63,439 bases of DNA. Source: a virus. This document shows, piece by piece, positions 34,258-44,811 of this stretch (the first letter of the stretch is position 1; the number at the start of each line of letters is the position of its first letter). The position numbers and the translations under genes are program-made. The notes under the pieces were generated by a model. That model was not told where the DNA came from, ran no database searches, and was given only the letters and a program-made list of their open reading frames with translations. The stretch covers positions 1 to 63,439 of the IMG/VR virus record IMGVR_UViG_3300045988_126429. One strand, written 5' to 3'.

Positions 34258-34652
34258 AACGCACCATCCAATCTTGTTACTATCGGAACAACGCACATAG
34301 AGCGCAGACGTTTAAATTCAATGCCATAGTACGTCTTGTCCAGCATATCAAAAGAAGCCGACCTGTTACCATATGAACGCTGCAAGTCACCTTCTTTTTC
34401 CGACGTCACAGAGCCTGTAATACCAACATCAGATGAGCCGTTTTCTCCAGACTGCGCAATAAGCTGACGCAGGACAATGTGATGCGCCATGAGATAAACA
34501 AATGCTGTTATATACATGTTGCCAAAAACACTTTCTGACAGCATAGGCGAAACAAGATTAATGTAGACCTCTAATTCTTCATCAGTAAGAATCAGTTCGG
34601 GGCAGATAACAGAAAAAGCTTGCTTTATTTTATCTTTAGTTTCCGTTAACAT
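34254..34652 (-). CDS. head-tail connector protein
   Basis: 132 aa; synteny after the capsid gene; FGNMYITAFVYLMAHHIVL. Confidence 0.45.
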   Translation of the reverse strand: MLTETKDKIKQAFSVICPELILTDEELEVYINLVSPMLSESVFGNMYITAFVYLMAHHIVLRQLIAQSGENGSSDVGITGSVTSEKEGDLQRSYGNRSASFDMLDKTYYGIEFKRLRSMCVVPIVTRLDGAL

Positions 34653-34980
34653 TTTTCTTTGCCACGTTTACAAAAGCAAAAATAACGGAATAAATATCTT
34701 CTGCTGTTTCTGCGCCCTCTACATTAATATTGTATTTCTTAGCGAAAGCAGTCAAAGAACGCTTGCTGGATTCAGCGGACAGTCCTGCAAGGTCTGCTGC
34801 CATATCATCAACATTTGCTTCTTTAGCATTGCCTTTCTCAACAGTAATCATTTGTTCTTTGATGTAGGCTTTTACAATAATGTTTTCGCCCCATTCATCA
34901 CCAACGATGCCGCACTGATCAGGAATGATATATTTACCGTCGATATTAATTACAGCTTTAGAGATGTTTTTAACTTTCAT
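34636..34980 (-). CDS. hypothetical head-module protein
   Basis: 114-aa ORF, AGGAGGAA RBS. Confidence 0.5.
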   Translation of the reverse strand: MKVKNISKAVINIDGKYIIPDQCGIVGDEWGENIIVKAYIKEQMITVEKGNAKEANVDDMAADLAGLSAESSKRSLTAFAKKYNINVEGAETAEDIYSVIFAFVNVAKKNVNGN

Positions 34981-35038
34981 TTGTGTTCCTCCTAAAAAGA
35001 AAATGCCCTCTCATGCGAAAGGGCAGTATATAGTCAGA

Positions 35039-36004
35039 TTAGATGCCAGAAGCCTTGTTCATGGACAGCGGATAGTAAATCAACACGCCAGCGGTACGAA
35101 CCTCGCAGGGGACTTCAAATTCCAAGCCTTTTTGCTGAATAGTGTGCTGAGTGAACGGCAACGGAACTTCCAAAGTTTGATGGTCTGCATCCTTAACGTA
35201 TGCAATCATCATATCCAAGCCGCCCACACCTGCGCCAGCCAGCTCATTGGCTTTCAATACAGTTACATCCGGGTTATTGCGTTTAAACACAGACAGGATG
35301 GAATCTGCAACTACATCAGAATACGGAGTGGAAGCAATGTAGTTGTATTGGTCTGGCGGCAGTACCAAGGTATTCGGGTTTTCTACGTCATTGGTCTGTT
35401 TGCTAACAGAATTGATAATGCCGTTCATATCACGCAGAATCTGAACAGCGGTTTTATCCTTGAATTTAGTAGAAGAACCGGAGCCATCACCGGGAACAGT
35501 ATAGTTACCGATGTTAGGATTGTCCAGGATACCAACAACGCCATATTTAGCATCACCATGAAAAGCAATGCGGTTAATATATTCGTCGAGAGCACGGCGA
35601 ACAGCAATAGCCTTGCGAGCAGTCAGCGGTTTTCTTGCCATAGCAGCACGGCGCAAGTCCTGCATGGTGTAGCCATATGCTGCACCGCCAGCAATAACTT
35701 TAGCAATGTGTTCTTCAGCCAGTACATCTACACGAGTAAAGTCGGTTGCATAGTTGGCGATAGTCTTTGCCATGCCGACAGAACCCAAGGACTGATAGCT
35801 GATAGTGTCAGCGCCGGGGTCAACGTCAGAGGACATATCAAACAGTTTCAGCGCATTCAGATTAGCGAATTTCTGGTCATAGGTTTTTGCCTTTACAGCT
35901 TCAAGTTCTTTTGCAACAAAAATAGTATCGCCTGCGTCTTTACGCAAGCCGTCGCAACGCTCAATAACATTCAGGTCTAATTCATCATAGTGCATTTGAG
36001 TCAT
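35039..36004 (-). CDS. major capsid protein
   Basis: 321 aa after the scaffold and decoration genes; sequence resembles the capsid family that co-occurs with this portal/MuF/scaffold set. Confidence 0.75.
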   Translation of the reverse strand: MTQMHYDELDLNVIERCDGLRKDAGDTIFVAKELEAVKAKTYDQKFANLNALKLFDMSSDVDPGADTISYQSLGSVGMAKTIANYATDFTRVDVLAEEHIAKVIAGGAAYGYTMQDLRRAAMARKPLTARKAIAVRRALDEYINRIAFHGDAKYGVVGILDNPNIGNYTVPGDGSGSSTKFKDKTAVQILRDMNGIINSVSKQTNDVENPNTLVLPPDQYNYIASTPYSDVVADSILSVFKRNNPDVTVLKANELAGAGVGGLDMMIAYVKDADHQTLEVPLPFTQHTIQQKGLEFEVPCEVRTAGVLIYYPLSMNKASGI

Positions 36005-36029
36005 TACTATTTCACCTCGTCTTTTCTAA

Positions 36030-36497
36030 TTAACCAATTTCGATAACTGCCAAGCCTGCTTTATCGCAGGAAGTAATAAATTTAGCACCGCAGCCAAGAG
36101 CTTCAATAGTGCCAGCAGCAACAGCATCTTTAACGAAAGTGCCGTCAGCAAGCTTCAGATGAGCTTCGTCGCCTGCGTTAACCGCACCTCCGGTAGTTAC
36201 CCATACACGACCTTTAGTTACAACAGGAACAGTGTAATTTTGCGGATAATATTTTTTGCCAGCTTCAGGCGGCTCAATATGGGTATGCAAAGTAACGCCG
36301 ATAACTTTCGCACCGTCACCAGATGCGGACGGAGATTTTACCTGATGCTCTGCGTCAGTGCCACGGATAACGGCGCAAGCAACGCCAATGCCGTCAGCTT
36401 CTTCAACAGCAAAGGAATCTACAGTATGAGAGGACAAATCATACAGTGCACCAGCAAAAGCTTTGTCCATGGTTAATGCATAATTAGTAATTGCCAT
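36030..36497 (-). CDS. head decoration-like protein
   Basis: Start MAITNY after AAGAGGTGA; 155 aa between the scaffold and capsid genes. Confidence 0.5.
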   Translation of the reverse strand: MAITNYALTMDKAFAGALYDLSSHTVDSFAVEEADGIGVACAVIRGTDAEHQVKSPSASGDGAKVIGVTLHTHIEPPEAGKKYYPQNYTVPVVTKGRVWVTTGGAVNAGDEAHLKLADGTFVKDAVAAGTIEALGCGAKFITSCDKAGLAVIEIG

Positions 36498-36513
36498 TGT
36501 ATTCACCTCTTTC

Positions 36514-37671
36514 TTATTCTTCGCCGCGCATACGTGCAATCATGCGGCTACGTGCATCGTTAGCAGAATCATTCTTAGTTTCTTGCTTTTCAGCACCGCC
36601 TTTAGCTTTTGCGGCTTGATTTTTTGCGTTATCGTTACGAAGCATCTCTTTAGCAGCAGAATATGCGCCGTCAAGATAAGCATCAGACGCACCGTCAAGC
36701 TTAAAGCTTTCGCCGAATGCAGCTTTAACAATGCCAGCTTTCAACTCAGCGTTGGTCAAGCCATCGGTTTTTTCAACCTTTGCAATTTTAGCGGTTTCTT
36801 CAAGCTCCGCACGTTCCTGCATATCAGCCTTTACAGCTTCAACAGCCTCTTTTACAGCTTTCTCCTTTTCAGCGTCAGCAGCATCAACTTTAGCTTTCAA
36901 GCCGTCACGTTCAGCGGTCATTGCGTCAAGTTTAGCTTTTTTGTCGTCAGCATCAGCTTTAAGAGCGGTATTTTGCTCCTTTACAGATTTAAGCTCAGTG
37001 TTAGCTGTATCAAGCTTTACACGAGCGTTTTCTTCTTTGTTTTGCAGAGAGTTGACGTAGTTGGCAATTTTTTCATCAACTTCAAAATCAACAGAATCAA
37101 TTTTAATTTTCATTTTTGTTTCTACTCCTTCGATAATTTCGTCACCGTCAAGATTCAGACGTGCTTTTGCTCCTGCACGTCCCCTATCAACAACGGCTAA
37201 ATGATTGATACGAATGTTGCGCTGGATAACATCATATTGCTGTCCGTCAGGTGTAATGCCTGGGGCTTCTTCGATATCCACTCTGTAGCCTAAAGACAAG
37301 CCACGCTTTTCACCGATGGCAGAGGGATTATGGATAACAATATCGCAGGCAATATTTGTTTCGTCCTTCTGATAGCCGCTGGATAGAATTGTACCAATGG
37401 CTAAATCTTGTGCGGTATCGCTGTTTACAATGCCGCTGGCAGGATGTCCTACCACAATAGGCTTGCCGATAAAGCTTGCTTCACTGTCAGCGTCGAATAC
37501 TTCCTCCGGCGGTCTGTATTCTCGTCTAATAGTCCCGTCTGGCTGTTGGTAGATATAGATGCCAGTACGTGCCACGATTGGAGAATCACGCAAGAAGCCG
37601 TCAGCGTCAGTAACTGCACAGCCAACAAGCATCCATGAGTCAAGGCGCTCATATCGTTGTACACTTCCCAA
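36514..37671 (-). CDS. scaffold / prohead-core protein with C-terminal coiled coil
   Basis: Probable TTG start after AAGGAGGTGA; long charged helical C-terminus [35 protein letters not shown]. Confidence 0.6.
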   Translation of the reverse strand: MGSVQRYERLDSWMLVGCAVTDADGFLRDSPIVARTGIYIYQQPDGTIRREYRPPEEVFDADSEASFIGKPIVVGHPASGIVNSDTAQDLAIGTILSSGYQKDETNIACDIVIHNPSAIGEKRGLSLGYRVDIEEAPGITPDGQQYDVIQRNIRINHLAVVDRGRAGAKARLNLDGDEIIEGVETKMKIKIDSVDFEVDEKIANYVNSLQNKEENARVKLDTANTELKSVKEQNTALKADADDKKAKLDAMTAERDGLKAKVDAADAEKEKAVKEAVEAVKADMQERAELEETAKIAKVEKTDGLTNAELKAGIVKAAFGESFKLDGASDAYLDGAYSAAKEMLRNDNAKNQAAKAKGGAEKQETKNDSANDARSRMIARMRGEE

Positions 37672-37733
37672 AAAATTCACCTCCTTATTTTTGGGGTATA
37701 TAAAAAGCATATGCAATTTCTTACATACGCCTT

Positions 37734-38612
37734 CTAGCTTAATTCTTTACTTTTCTTTACATTCACCCTACCCATTGGAACTGCTGTTGTCATGTTCCAT
37801 TGCTCCAGGTCAATAACAGGTAATGCTACGCAACGGCAGTTATAATCCATACACGGATGATATTTCGGAGAAGGATAAACCTTTATGCCGTTAATTTCAC
37901 CAACCTTGTCGCTATTCCAATAGAAGTATTTCCCATCCATCTCAGCATGAGAAGGTCTAACACGTTCATCATGTGACGATGACCATTGGTACACGCTTAT
38001 ACCGCAATCAACCTGCCTACGCATTGTTATAATGCCGTTCAGATTGCCTACCTCGTTCCTTGCGATAAATTTCGCCCGCTTGTCGGTAGTGTTAAGCAGT
38101 ACCTTGATTTCTTCTTTAACTTCACTCATAGCAGTGCCACGCTGAACAGCATTGCTAACAATAATTTGCAGTTTTTCGATGTAGGTATTTACTATGCTGT
38201 CCACAAGCCTGCTCTGCTGCGCTTTCCATTCTGCTTTTACTGTATCAAGTAAGGCTGAATCATTTAGAAACACATCAACGCTGACTGCTTCTGCGAAAGC
38301 ACTGATAACATTAGCATCGACAACGCTGGACACGCCAGCAAGAATAAGCTCTAATTCGCTCATAGCTTCCTCAATAGTCATACTCTTTAAAAGCTCGGCA
38401 AGTATCGCCTGAACGAAAGCATCCGTAACAGTGCTGTCATCGTCCTGGCGCAACGAATATGCCAGCATAGGTATATTGTTATTCGTGGCACTTTTTAAAC
38501 GTCTTACAACGGCTCTGAGGACGCGATAATAATCACGCTCAAAATTCTTTGGATATTTCGGACGCTTCTTTACTTTAAGGTAGCGTATCGATTTCTTCTG
38601 TTTCTTCATCAT
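37734..38612 (-). CDS. head morphogenesis protein (Mu gpF / SPP1 gp7 family)
   Basis: RNEVGNLNG...[23 protein letters not shown]...CRC motif. Confidence 0.85.
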   Translation of the reverse strand: MMKKQKKSIRYLKVKKRPKYPKNFERDYYRVLRAVVRRLKSATNNNIPMLAYSLRQDDDSTVTDAFVQAILAELLKSMTIEEAMSELELILAGVSSVVDANVISAFAEAVSVDVFLNDSALLDTVKAEWKAQQSRLVDSIVNTYIEKLQIIVSNAVQRGTAMSEVKEEIKVLLNTTDKRAKFIARNEVGNLNGIITMRRQVDCGISVYQWSSSHDERVRPSHAEMDGKYFYWNSDKVGEINGIKVYPSPKYHPCMDYNCRCVALPVIDLEQWNMTTAVPMGRVNVKKSKELS

Positions 38613-39903
38613 CTAAATCCAGCTCACTTTCTGTAACTGGAATATCTCCACGCTCTTTGAGGTATTGGCGTGCTTGCGTTGCATCTAACAGTTGATTATC
38701 AACCAGGTCAAAAACAAGCTTAACAACGGCGGCTCTTACTTCCGCCTGTGTCTTGTCAACATTGGCTTGCTCCAGATCATTTAGCGGTTCGATTGCCTTA
38801 AACTTAATGCTCCACTTTTCAAGTTCCTTGCCGTTGGTCGGCCCTTCTTTCGCAAGCTGAATAAGTCTTACAAGATACTCTAACGCAGGACGAATCTTCC
38901 TGCGTTGAATACGTCTGACGGTATCGTAGTAAATCTGCAAGTCGCTCTTGCCTGTGCTGTTCATGCCAGCCGGAGAACGCCCAAACAAAACAGTAAAAGG
39001 ATACCCGGTAACAGCACATAAAGCCTGCTCAAACTCTTGAATAATATCCGTTAAACCTGTAAGCGGAATATTGAAAATGCCGTATTCATCTTCCTTGTCG
39101 ACGGCTACACTGCCATTAAATCTGCGTGAGTAGTCTATCAGCTCTAAACGCCGAATAACAGTTTGCGTGCCGTCTTCTTTTGCCAGCAGATTGCTTAAGC
39201 CTTCTAGCTTTAACAGTGACGTGCTAACCTTATCCATTATGTCGATTGTTTTATTCATTGCAGTTTTTACACGGTTCAGCGCAGCCGGAACACCATCCAG
39301 GCAGGATAAGCCAGCACCATTATTAGCAACGCGCTCTATCTTTGGCAGCATTTCGCCGTCAAAAACCAGCAGTCTGCTTCTGTGTGCTTTAAACTGAGTT
39401 CCGTTCGGTGGCGAAATTGTGTAAAACTCCGGCTTGCCAAAGTTCGCATCTCGAATATCTGTATCAAGATAAATTGAGGTTGTGTCCGGATAAATATCTC
39501 GCTTGTCAAAAATTTCTAATCCGTTAATCCTGCGTAAACGGTTGATATTAATAGGCTCGCTTAATTCCTGCCCATCGTCAGCAAGGATAAGAGCACAAGA
39601 CATACCGAACAGTCTGTCCCAATATAAAGCCTCTGTAAGCTTTTCCTGAACAAACAGCGTTTCAAGTTCCTGCAAGATACAATCGTCAGAATCGCCTTCG
39701 ATTTCTATAAAATTTTTCATAGCATCATCGGCAACAAGTGTAACAATCCTTCGCACGAGAGCATTTCTGTACATTGTAGCCAATGTTAAGTCTGTGAGTT
39801 TTCGCTCATTTAACAGACCTTCATAATTGCGAGCTTTACGTGTAATAAAAGCATCTTTAAAGCCGCTATCTGCACGAATTGAATTATCTTTTCTTTTTAC
39901 CAT
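38575..39903 (-). CDS. portal protein
   Basis: 442 aa directly after the terminase large subunit; acidic C-terminus. Confidence 0.75.
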   Translation of the reverse strand: MVKRKDNSIRADSGFKDAFITRKARNYEGLLNERKLTDLTLATMYRNALVRRIVTLVADDAMKNFIEIEGDSDDCILQELETLFVQEKLTEALYWDRLFGMSCALILADDGQELSEPININRLRRINGLEIFDKRDIYPDTTSIYLDTDIRDANFGKPEFYTISPPNGTQFKAHRSRLLVFDGEMLPKIERVANNGAGLSCLDGVPAALNRVKTAMNKTIDIMDKVSTSLLKLEGLSNLLAKEDGTQTVIRRLELIDYSRRFNGSVAVDKEDEYGIFNIPLTGLTDIIQEFEQALCAVTGYPFTVLFGRSPAGMNSTGKSDLQIYYDTVRRIQRRKIRPALEYLVRLIQLAKEGPTNGKELEKWSIKFKAIEPLNDLEQANVDKTQAEVRAAVVKLVFDLVDNQLLDATQARQYLKERGDIPVTESELDLDDEETEEIDTLP

Positions 39904-39911
39904 TATTCCTC

Positions 39912-41690
39912 CTAGCTCGTTAAGCCGCCCCAGCTGCGGGAGTTCATGAGCTTGTTAAACGCATCACTGGACGCATCAACCATATCATCATGCTTGCTTT
40001 CGGGGAAAGATTCAAGCTCTGACAAATACATATCATTCCACTCGCCTTTAAGGAGAAGCACGTTCCCTGCCTGTACCTGTGAAGCAAATGGAGTAGCACG
40101 AACCTCTTTGCTGCCTGTCGGCGATACAATCTCCACCGAGTAACCTGCAAGCATTGATACAAGGCTTTGAGCTTGCGCCTTGCCTGCCTGCCCTGGGTCT
40201 TGCGGTATCGTGATTTGTACAAATTTATATTTGCCCTGGTCTATTGCTGCCATGTTACGCAGAAGATTCCTAGCGTCATTCGCCTTTATCTGCTTGCGCT
40301 TTACATCAAGAACAATTACTCTGCCATCGTCAAGCAGTCCCATTAACACGCCTGCTGTTGCGTCCGGGTCTGGGTTAAGCGGCGTAGGCTCTGTTGCTGC
40401 CAAGTCCCAAGAACGTGCATAAGCAACGATATTTTTCGGTACAGCATCAACAAAAGTGAAGTTTTCTGTTTTAAAGTACATACCAGCAGCAGGACGGATT
40501 TTCCAGTTGCCATATAAAAGACGTTCTTTGTCAATTTCTGCCAACGCTTTAAGGTTAGCCATGTACGACGGGTCTTTAGCCATTAAAACCTTGTTGTCTG
40601 TCAGTTTAGACGCTATAAACGTAACCGACTTGCATTCTTCAACATTTACGCCGTGTTCCTTTGCGAGTTCATGCGGATTACTTCCCCAATAAATCGTATC
40701 ATTCAGGACGCACATATAACGCACAACACCGCTGCGCTCGTAGATTGGATAGCCTGTATCTTGATTTATCCACCAAGAAATAAAATCAGCTACCCAACTA
40801 TCGCTGTCCGGGTTGCACGTCGCTCTTACATAAGGACGGATACCGCACGTTGAACGGTTACGAGAAAGCATATACAAAAATTGGTGTCGGCTAAAATGCG
40901 TCAGCTCGTCAAATGCTAGATAGCAGATTTCTGAGCCTTGCCAGCCTTGCAAATCTTCGTCACGCTCCAAATGCGCAAAATGAATTCTTGCTCCGCTGGG
41001 ACTAAAAAACCAATGTAGTTTTGGAGTTTTCTTAGGTTTTGCGCCTTGCACTTGTCCATATATTTTGTTAGCAGCATCCCACAAACCGCCTGAAGCTGTG
41101 ATTTGAGTATAATTTTTTCGAAACACAACGCCGCTAAATCCTGCTATATCTTTATGCCTTAATCCTTCCAGGAGAAGTGCAAAAGTTTTTCCGCCGCCAG
41201 CTGCTCCACCATAAATTACTATATCAGCAGAAGAACACATAAAAGCTGTTTGCGGTCCTGGTTGCGGAGTTAGATACAGCGGCTCAAATGTATCTCTGCC
41301 GTTATTTGGAATGTAGATAGATTGGTAAGCGTCTATTGTTTCAACGCTTGCATCTTCCGCCAGCGACAATATACCTCCGTCAGCTCCTGCCAATGTAGCA
41401 AGAGTGCGAATTGCATTAACATCACTTTCTTTTAAAGCTTTGTTAAGCAACTTCGCTATCATTAAGGCTTGATAGTTTTGATCTTGCTCGTCTAAGCCGA
41501 AAGCGTGTAAAAAGCTTTTTGCTTTATCGTCGTGTACTTGTGATTCAAGTATCGTTTTTGCTATCTGCTGTAAGTTTTTTTTCGCCCGTCTTATTTCACC
41601 GGATTTTTTGCCGCCAACAGTTCCTCTTTTTCTTGCTTCATCCTTGCTTTGGACAGGCCTTAAATTGCTAACATTTCCTCGTGCTGGCAC
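39912..41690 (-). CDS. terL: terminase large subunit with TerS-like basic N-terminal extension
   Basis: GTG start; Walker A YGGAAGGGKT, Walker B-like CYLAFDELTHF; first ~130 aa (KDEARKRGTVGGKKSGEIRRAKKN) resemble small-terminase N-termini. Confidence 0.85.
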   Translation of the reverse strand: MPARGNVSNLRPVQSKDEARKRGTVGGKKSGEIRRAKKNLQQIAKTILESQVHDDKAKSFLHAFGLDEQDQNYQALMIAKLLNKALKESDVNAIRTLATLAGADGGILSLAEDASVETIDAYQSIYIPNNGRDTFEPLYLTPQPGPQTAFMCSSADIVIYGGAAGGGKTFALLLEGLRHKDIAGFSGVVFRKNYTQITASGGLWDAANKIYGQVQGAKPKKTPKLHWFFSPSGARIHFAHLERDEDLQGWQGSEICYLAFDELTHFSRHQFLYMLSRNRSTCGIRPYVRATCNPDSDSWVADFISWWINQDTGYPIYERSGVVRYMCVLNDTIYWGSNPHELAKEHGVNVEECKSVTFIASKLTDNKVLMAKDPSYMANLKALAEIDKERLLYGNWKIRPAAGMYFKTENFTFVDAVPKNIVAYARSWDLAATEPTPLNPDPDATAGVLMGLLDDGRVIVLDVKRKQIKANDARNLLRNMAAIDQGKYKFVQITIPQDPGQAGKAQAQSLVSMLAGYSVEIVSPTGSKEVRATPFASQVQAGNVLLLKGEWNDMYLSELESFPESKHDDMVDASSDAFNKLMNSRSWGGLTS

Positions 41691-41718
41691 ATTAAAACAC
41701 CTGTCCTTTCTTTAGATT

Positions 41719-42294
41719 TTATTTGCTGTTTACAAGGTAAAATTCTTTTCGCAGTTCGGCGTTTACTAAAAATTGTCCGCCACATGAAGCAGTCTTTGTT
41801 TTTACTCCTGGTTTTTTAATTCCTCTAGCAGTCATACAAGAGTGTTCGCCTTGAATAACTACAATAACGTCCTCTGTCCCTAAAATTTTTGTAAGAATAT
41901 CGCGAATTTCCTTGCCGATACGCTCTTGAATTTGTAGACGTTTTGTTACTGCGTCAGCAATACGTGCAATTTTGCTAATGCCGATAACTTTACCGTTAGG
42001 GATATAGCCTACATCAACAGTCATGTTATACATGAGTGCGATATGATGCTCGCAATAAGAAAAGCAGTTAATGCCTTTTAGCACTACCATATCATCATTA
42101 TCGCAGGAAAAGCATTTGTTGAATTTTTTTGCGATTTCGTCGTTGCTAACACTGGCGTACTCTAATTGCTCCATTAGCATTTTTGCGAACCGTTTAGGGG
42201 TTTCAATAAGTCCCTCTCGGTTCGGGTTTTCGCCGATGCCCTCAATAATAAGCCTTGCGGCTTGTTCTAGCTTTTTAGCGTCCATGTTACACAC
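41719..42294 (-). CDS. folE: GTP cyclohydrolase I
   Basis: GENPNREGLIETPKRFAKM, CEHHIALM and VVIQGEHSCMTARG motifs. Confidence 0.9.
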   Translation of the reverse strand: MCNMDAKKLEQAARLIIEGIGENPNREGLIETPKRFAKMLMEQLEYASVSNDEIAKKFNKCFSCDNDDMVVLKGINCFSYCEHHIALMYNMTVDVGYIPNGKVIGISKIARIADAVTKRLQIQERIGKEIRDILTKILGTEDVIVVIQGEHSCMTARGIKKPGVKTKTASCGGQFLVNAELRKEFYLVNSK

Positions 42295-42940
42295 CCCTTT
42301 TATCTTTATCCCAAATAATTTTATGAAGCTGCACTTGTACGCAGATGTTATGCGGCGATTTTTTTGCGTACTCTACAAGCTCCGCAGGTTCGATTGCGCC
42401 CCACACTGGCGAGATGTAAACTTTTGCCTGGCATTTGATTTTTTTGCAATAGTCAAGCACACGATCTACGTCGTTAAAATCTTCTTTGCTGCCAACTACA
42501 AATTTTATAACGTCCTTTGCGTTAAGGTGCTTGTAATTATCCATTAGCATTTTATTAGATTCGCCAGACGTGCCGCACTTGTAATCAATGGTATAAAAAA
42601 TACCGCTTAACCTTTTTTTGTAAAGCGGTACAGCACCATTTGTTTCAATATTCACCTCATATTTGGCTTTGTGCAGCAGTTCAAGAAGTGGTTGCAAGTC
42701 GTGCAGGAGTGGTTCACCGCCGGTAATAGTTACACGCTTGCAGTTATACTCGCTTATCTCATCCATAAGCTCCTGCTCATTATAACTGCTGGCAGCATCT
42801 GCGAATTGTTGAGCATAGATTGTATCGCAATAGCTACAACGCAGGTTGCAGCCAGCCAAACGAACAAATACAGAAGGATAGCCAGTTCGCTTTCCTTCTC
42901 CTTCGATACTTTTAAAAATTTCCACTACATTATATTTCAT
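42287..42940 (-). CDS. queE: 7-carboxy-7-deazaguanine synthase (radical SAM)
   Basis: Start MKYNVVEIFKSIEGEG; FVRLAGCNLRCSYCDT cluster motif; TITGGEPLL. Confidence 0.88.
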   Translation of the reverse strand: MKYNVVEIFKSIEGEGKRTGYPSVFVRLAGCNLRCSYCDTIYAQQFADAASSYNEQELMDEISEYNCKRVTITGGEPLLHDLQPLLELLHKAKYEVNIETNGAVPLYKKRLSGIFYTIDYKCGTSGESNKMLMDNYKHLNAKDVIKFVVGSKEDFNDVDRVLDYCKKIKCQAKVYISPVWGAIEPAELVEYAKKSPHNICVQVQLHKIIWDKDKRGV

Positions 42941-43259
42941 ACACGGCAACATTCCCTTCGCTTTCCTGTACCGACACCTTAACGCAGTGCGGAACTTTTT
43001 CGCAAATCCAACGAGCAATGTTTTCTGCTGTCGGATTGCATTGTAACACGTCGTTTAAATATTGATGGTCAAGCATATCAGAAACAAGGTTTTTAATATG
43101 CTTGAAATCTACTACCATGCCGTTAGCGTCTAAGGTTTCGCTTTGGCAAGTTACGCAGATAATCCAATTATGGCCATGTAAATTTTTGCACTTACTTTCA
43201 TAATTTAAAGAAAGTTGGTGTGCTGCCGAAATTTCTAATCGTTTTGTTACTGTATACAT
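42930..43259 (-). CDS. queD: 6-carboxy-5,6,7,8-tetrahydropterin synthase
   Basis: 109 aa; EISAAHQL...CKNLHGHNW...VVDFKHIK motifs. Confidence 0.88.
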   Translation of the reverse strand: MYTVTKRLEISAAHQLSLNYESKCKNLHGHNWIICVTCQSETLDANGMVVDFKHIKNLVSDMLDHQYLNDVLQCNPTAENIARWICEKVPHCVKVSVQESEGNVAVYEI

Positions 43260-43260
43260 A

Positions 43261-43950
43261 TTAATCCTCCAACGCAGGGTCTTTCACGCCGTTAGCTTCA
43301 AATGCCATCGCACGGTCAATACACGTTCCGCAAGTTCCGCAAGGCTTTTCTCCGCCCTCGTAGCAGCTCCATGTAAACTGATATGGTGCGTTAAGCTCTA
43401 ATCCAAGCTTAACAACGCCTGCTTTATTTAGATTGATAAGCGGTGCTTCAAGATGTGTGGTTCGTCCGCTACCCTCAAAAATCGCTTTATTCATATAATC
43501 AACGAACTCAGGCGTGCAATCAGGGTACGCTCGCCCTGCTGCATCGTCAGCATGAGCACCATAATAAATAGCTTCTGCTTCTACGCTTACAGCAACAGCG
43601 GCCGCATAAGAAAGTAACAAGCCGTTTCTGAAAGGTACGTAAGTATCAACAGTACCTTCACCGCCAAGCTCTTTAAGCTGCTTTGCATAGGATTCATGTT
43701 TAATATCATGCGTGCTTTTAGCTAGCAATGGGCAATCGCTCATAGAGAACGCCAGCGACAAATCAGTTTCTTTATGCTCTACACCATAAAAAGCAGCGAC
43801 TTTTCTTGCGCTTTCAATTTCTCTTTTATGCCTTTGTCCATAAAAAGCAGATAAGGCTAAAACTTTTTCTGTACCATATTTTTTGACTGCAACGGCTAAA
43901 CAAGTAGTACTATCTACACCACCACTTAATAAAACAACTGCTTTTTTCAT
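43261..43950 (-). CDS. queC: 7-cyano-7-deazaguanine (preQ0) synthase
   Basis: KAVVLLSGGVDSTTCL PP-loop and C-terminal CGTCGTCIDR zinc motif; no amidotransferase fusion. Confidence 0.9.
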   Translation of the reverse strand: MKKAVVLLSGGVDSTTCLAVAVKKYGTEKVLALSAFYGQRHKREIESARKVAAFYGVEHKETDLSLAFSMSDCPLLAKSTHDIKHESYAKQLKELGGEGTVDTYVPFRNGLLLSYAAAVAVSVEAEAIYYGAHADDAAGRAYPDCTPEFVDYMNKAIFEGSGRTTHLEAPLINLNKAGVVKLGLELNAPYQFTWSCYEGGEKPCGTCGTCIDRAMAFEANGVKDPALED

Positions 43951-43965
43951 TTTTATTACCTCTTT

Positions 43966-44811
43966 TCAAAAATGAGTTTTTGCATACTCCTGAAATTTTA
44001 CCCATTCTATAAAATTATTAATAGCTACTTCTTTATTTCTCACTCGCATGCCTGCAGGCTTATTATATTTAACCATCGTTTTTCCATTGAACTTATATAC
44101 TGCGCCGAATCTATTGCCAGATACCCACGCAGTAGAATCTACACTGTCAAAATGAAAGCGCGGCAAATATTTTAATTGAGTAAATCCTAAACCGTGAATT
44201 TTAGCTCCATGCGAGTGTGCTTCTTTGATAAGCAAAGGAAATTTTTCAACTTCACCTTTTGTAAATTCACCGCTAACATAACCGCCTATTGCAACATACT
44301 TATACCGCTTGCACATTTCAATAAAGTCTTTCATTCCACGACTTTTATGCCATACAGGAATCGGTGACCTTCCGACTTTTTCAGCAATGTATTTTCTGAT
44401 TTTCAAAACTTCTTCGTAGCCTACAACAGGGTCAATGTCAAGCTCAAAGAATTTCTGTACATTGTATTTTTGGACATAAGCAATATAAGAGTCTACATAG
44501 GTTTTTAAATCAACTTTTTTTGCATTACCCATCAACATGCTGAATGCTCCAGAATCGAGCATGTAATCACCATAATAAGGCAAATATTTTACTGACTTCT
44601 CGGTTGTTTGCAAAAACGATTCGAGAATATAAGGTTTATATTTTTTTCTTTGCTCTCCCACCTGATTTTCTTCGGCAGTAGGACAATTAATTATCGCCTT
44701 ACTATATATCAATTCGCGCCACGGAACATCACCTGCAAGAAATAATTTCATTATTGCCCCCCCAAATAGCAACTCACGGTAGCCTATACCGCCAGCTAAA
44801 TACAGTTTCAT
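43966..44811 (-). CDS. dpdA: DpdA-like DNA-guanine transglycosylase
   Basis: TGT-like YMLDSGAFSM; translationally coupled to the ParB-like gene (ATGA overlap); N-terminal 20 aa tandemly duplicated. Confidence 0.7.
   Translation of the reverse strand: MKLYLAGGIGYRELLFGGAIMKLFLAGDVPWRELIYSKAIINCPTAEENQVGEQRKKYKPYILESFLQTTEKSVKYLPYYGDYMLDSGAFSMLMGNAKKVDLKTYVDSYIAYVQKYNVQKFFELDIDPVVGYEEVLKIRKYIAEKVGRSPIPVWHKSRGMKDFIEMCKRYKYVAIGGYVSGEFTKGEVEKFPLLIKEAHSHGAKIHGLGFTQLKYLPRFHFDSVDSTAWVSGNRFGAVYKFNGKTMVKYNKPAGMRVRNKEVAINNFIEWVKFQEYAKTHF

Noticed and set aside
34925-35980. 351-aa plus-strand ORF, the longest plus-strand ORF outside the lysogeny module
   Set aside because: It is exactly antisense to the major capsid gene (35039..36004), which has a strong RBS and sits in a coherent head operon. 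The translation is low-complexity-looking and has no RBS. I take it as a shadow ORF.
36583-37200. 205-aa and 109-aa plus-strand ORFs
   Set aside because: They are antisense to the Ala/Lys/Asp-rich coiled-coil part of the scaffold gene. Such repeats keep the opposite strand free of stops. The products are Phe/Ser-rich nonsense.
42287-42940. Whether QueE and the tail-fibre radical SAM (21097..22161) are related, or whether the latter belongs to the deazaguanine pathway
   Set aside because: QueE has its characteristic CNLRCSYCDT motif and lies in the folE-queD-queC operon. The fibre-embedded enzyme has a CxxxCxxC motif plus a SPASM-type C-terminal cluster and lies 20 kb away in the late operon. 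These are different families and contexts.
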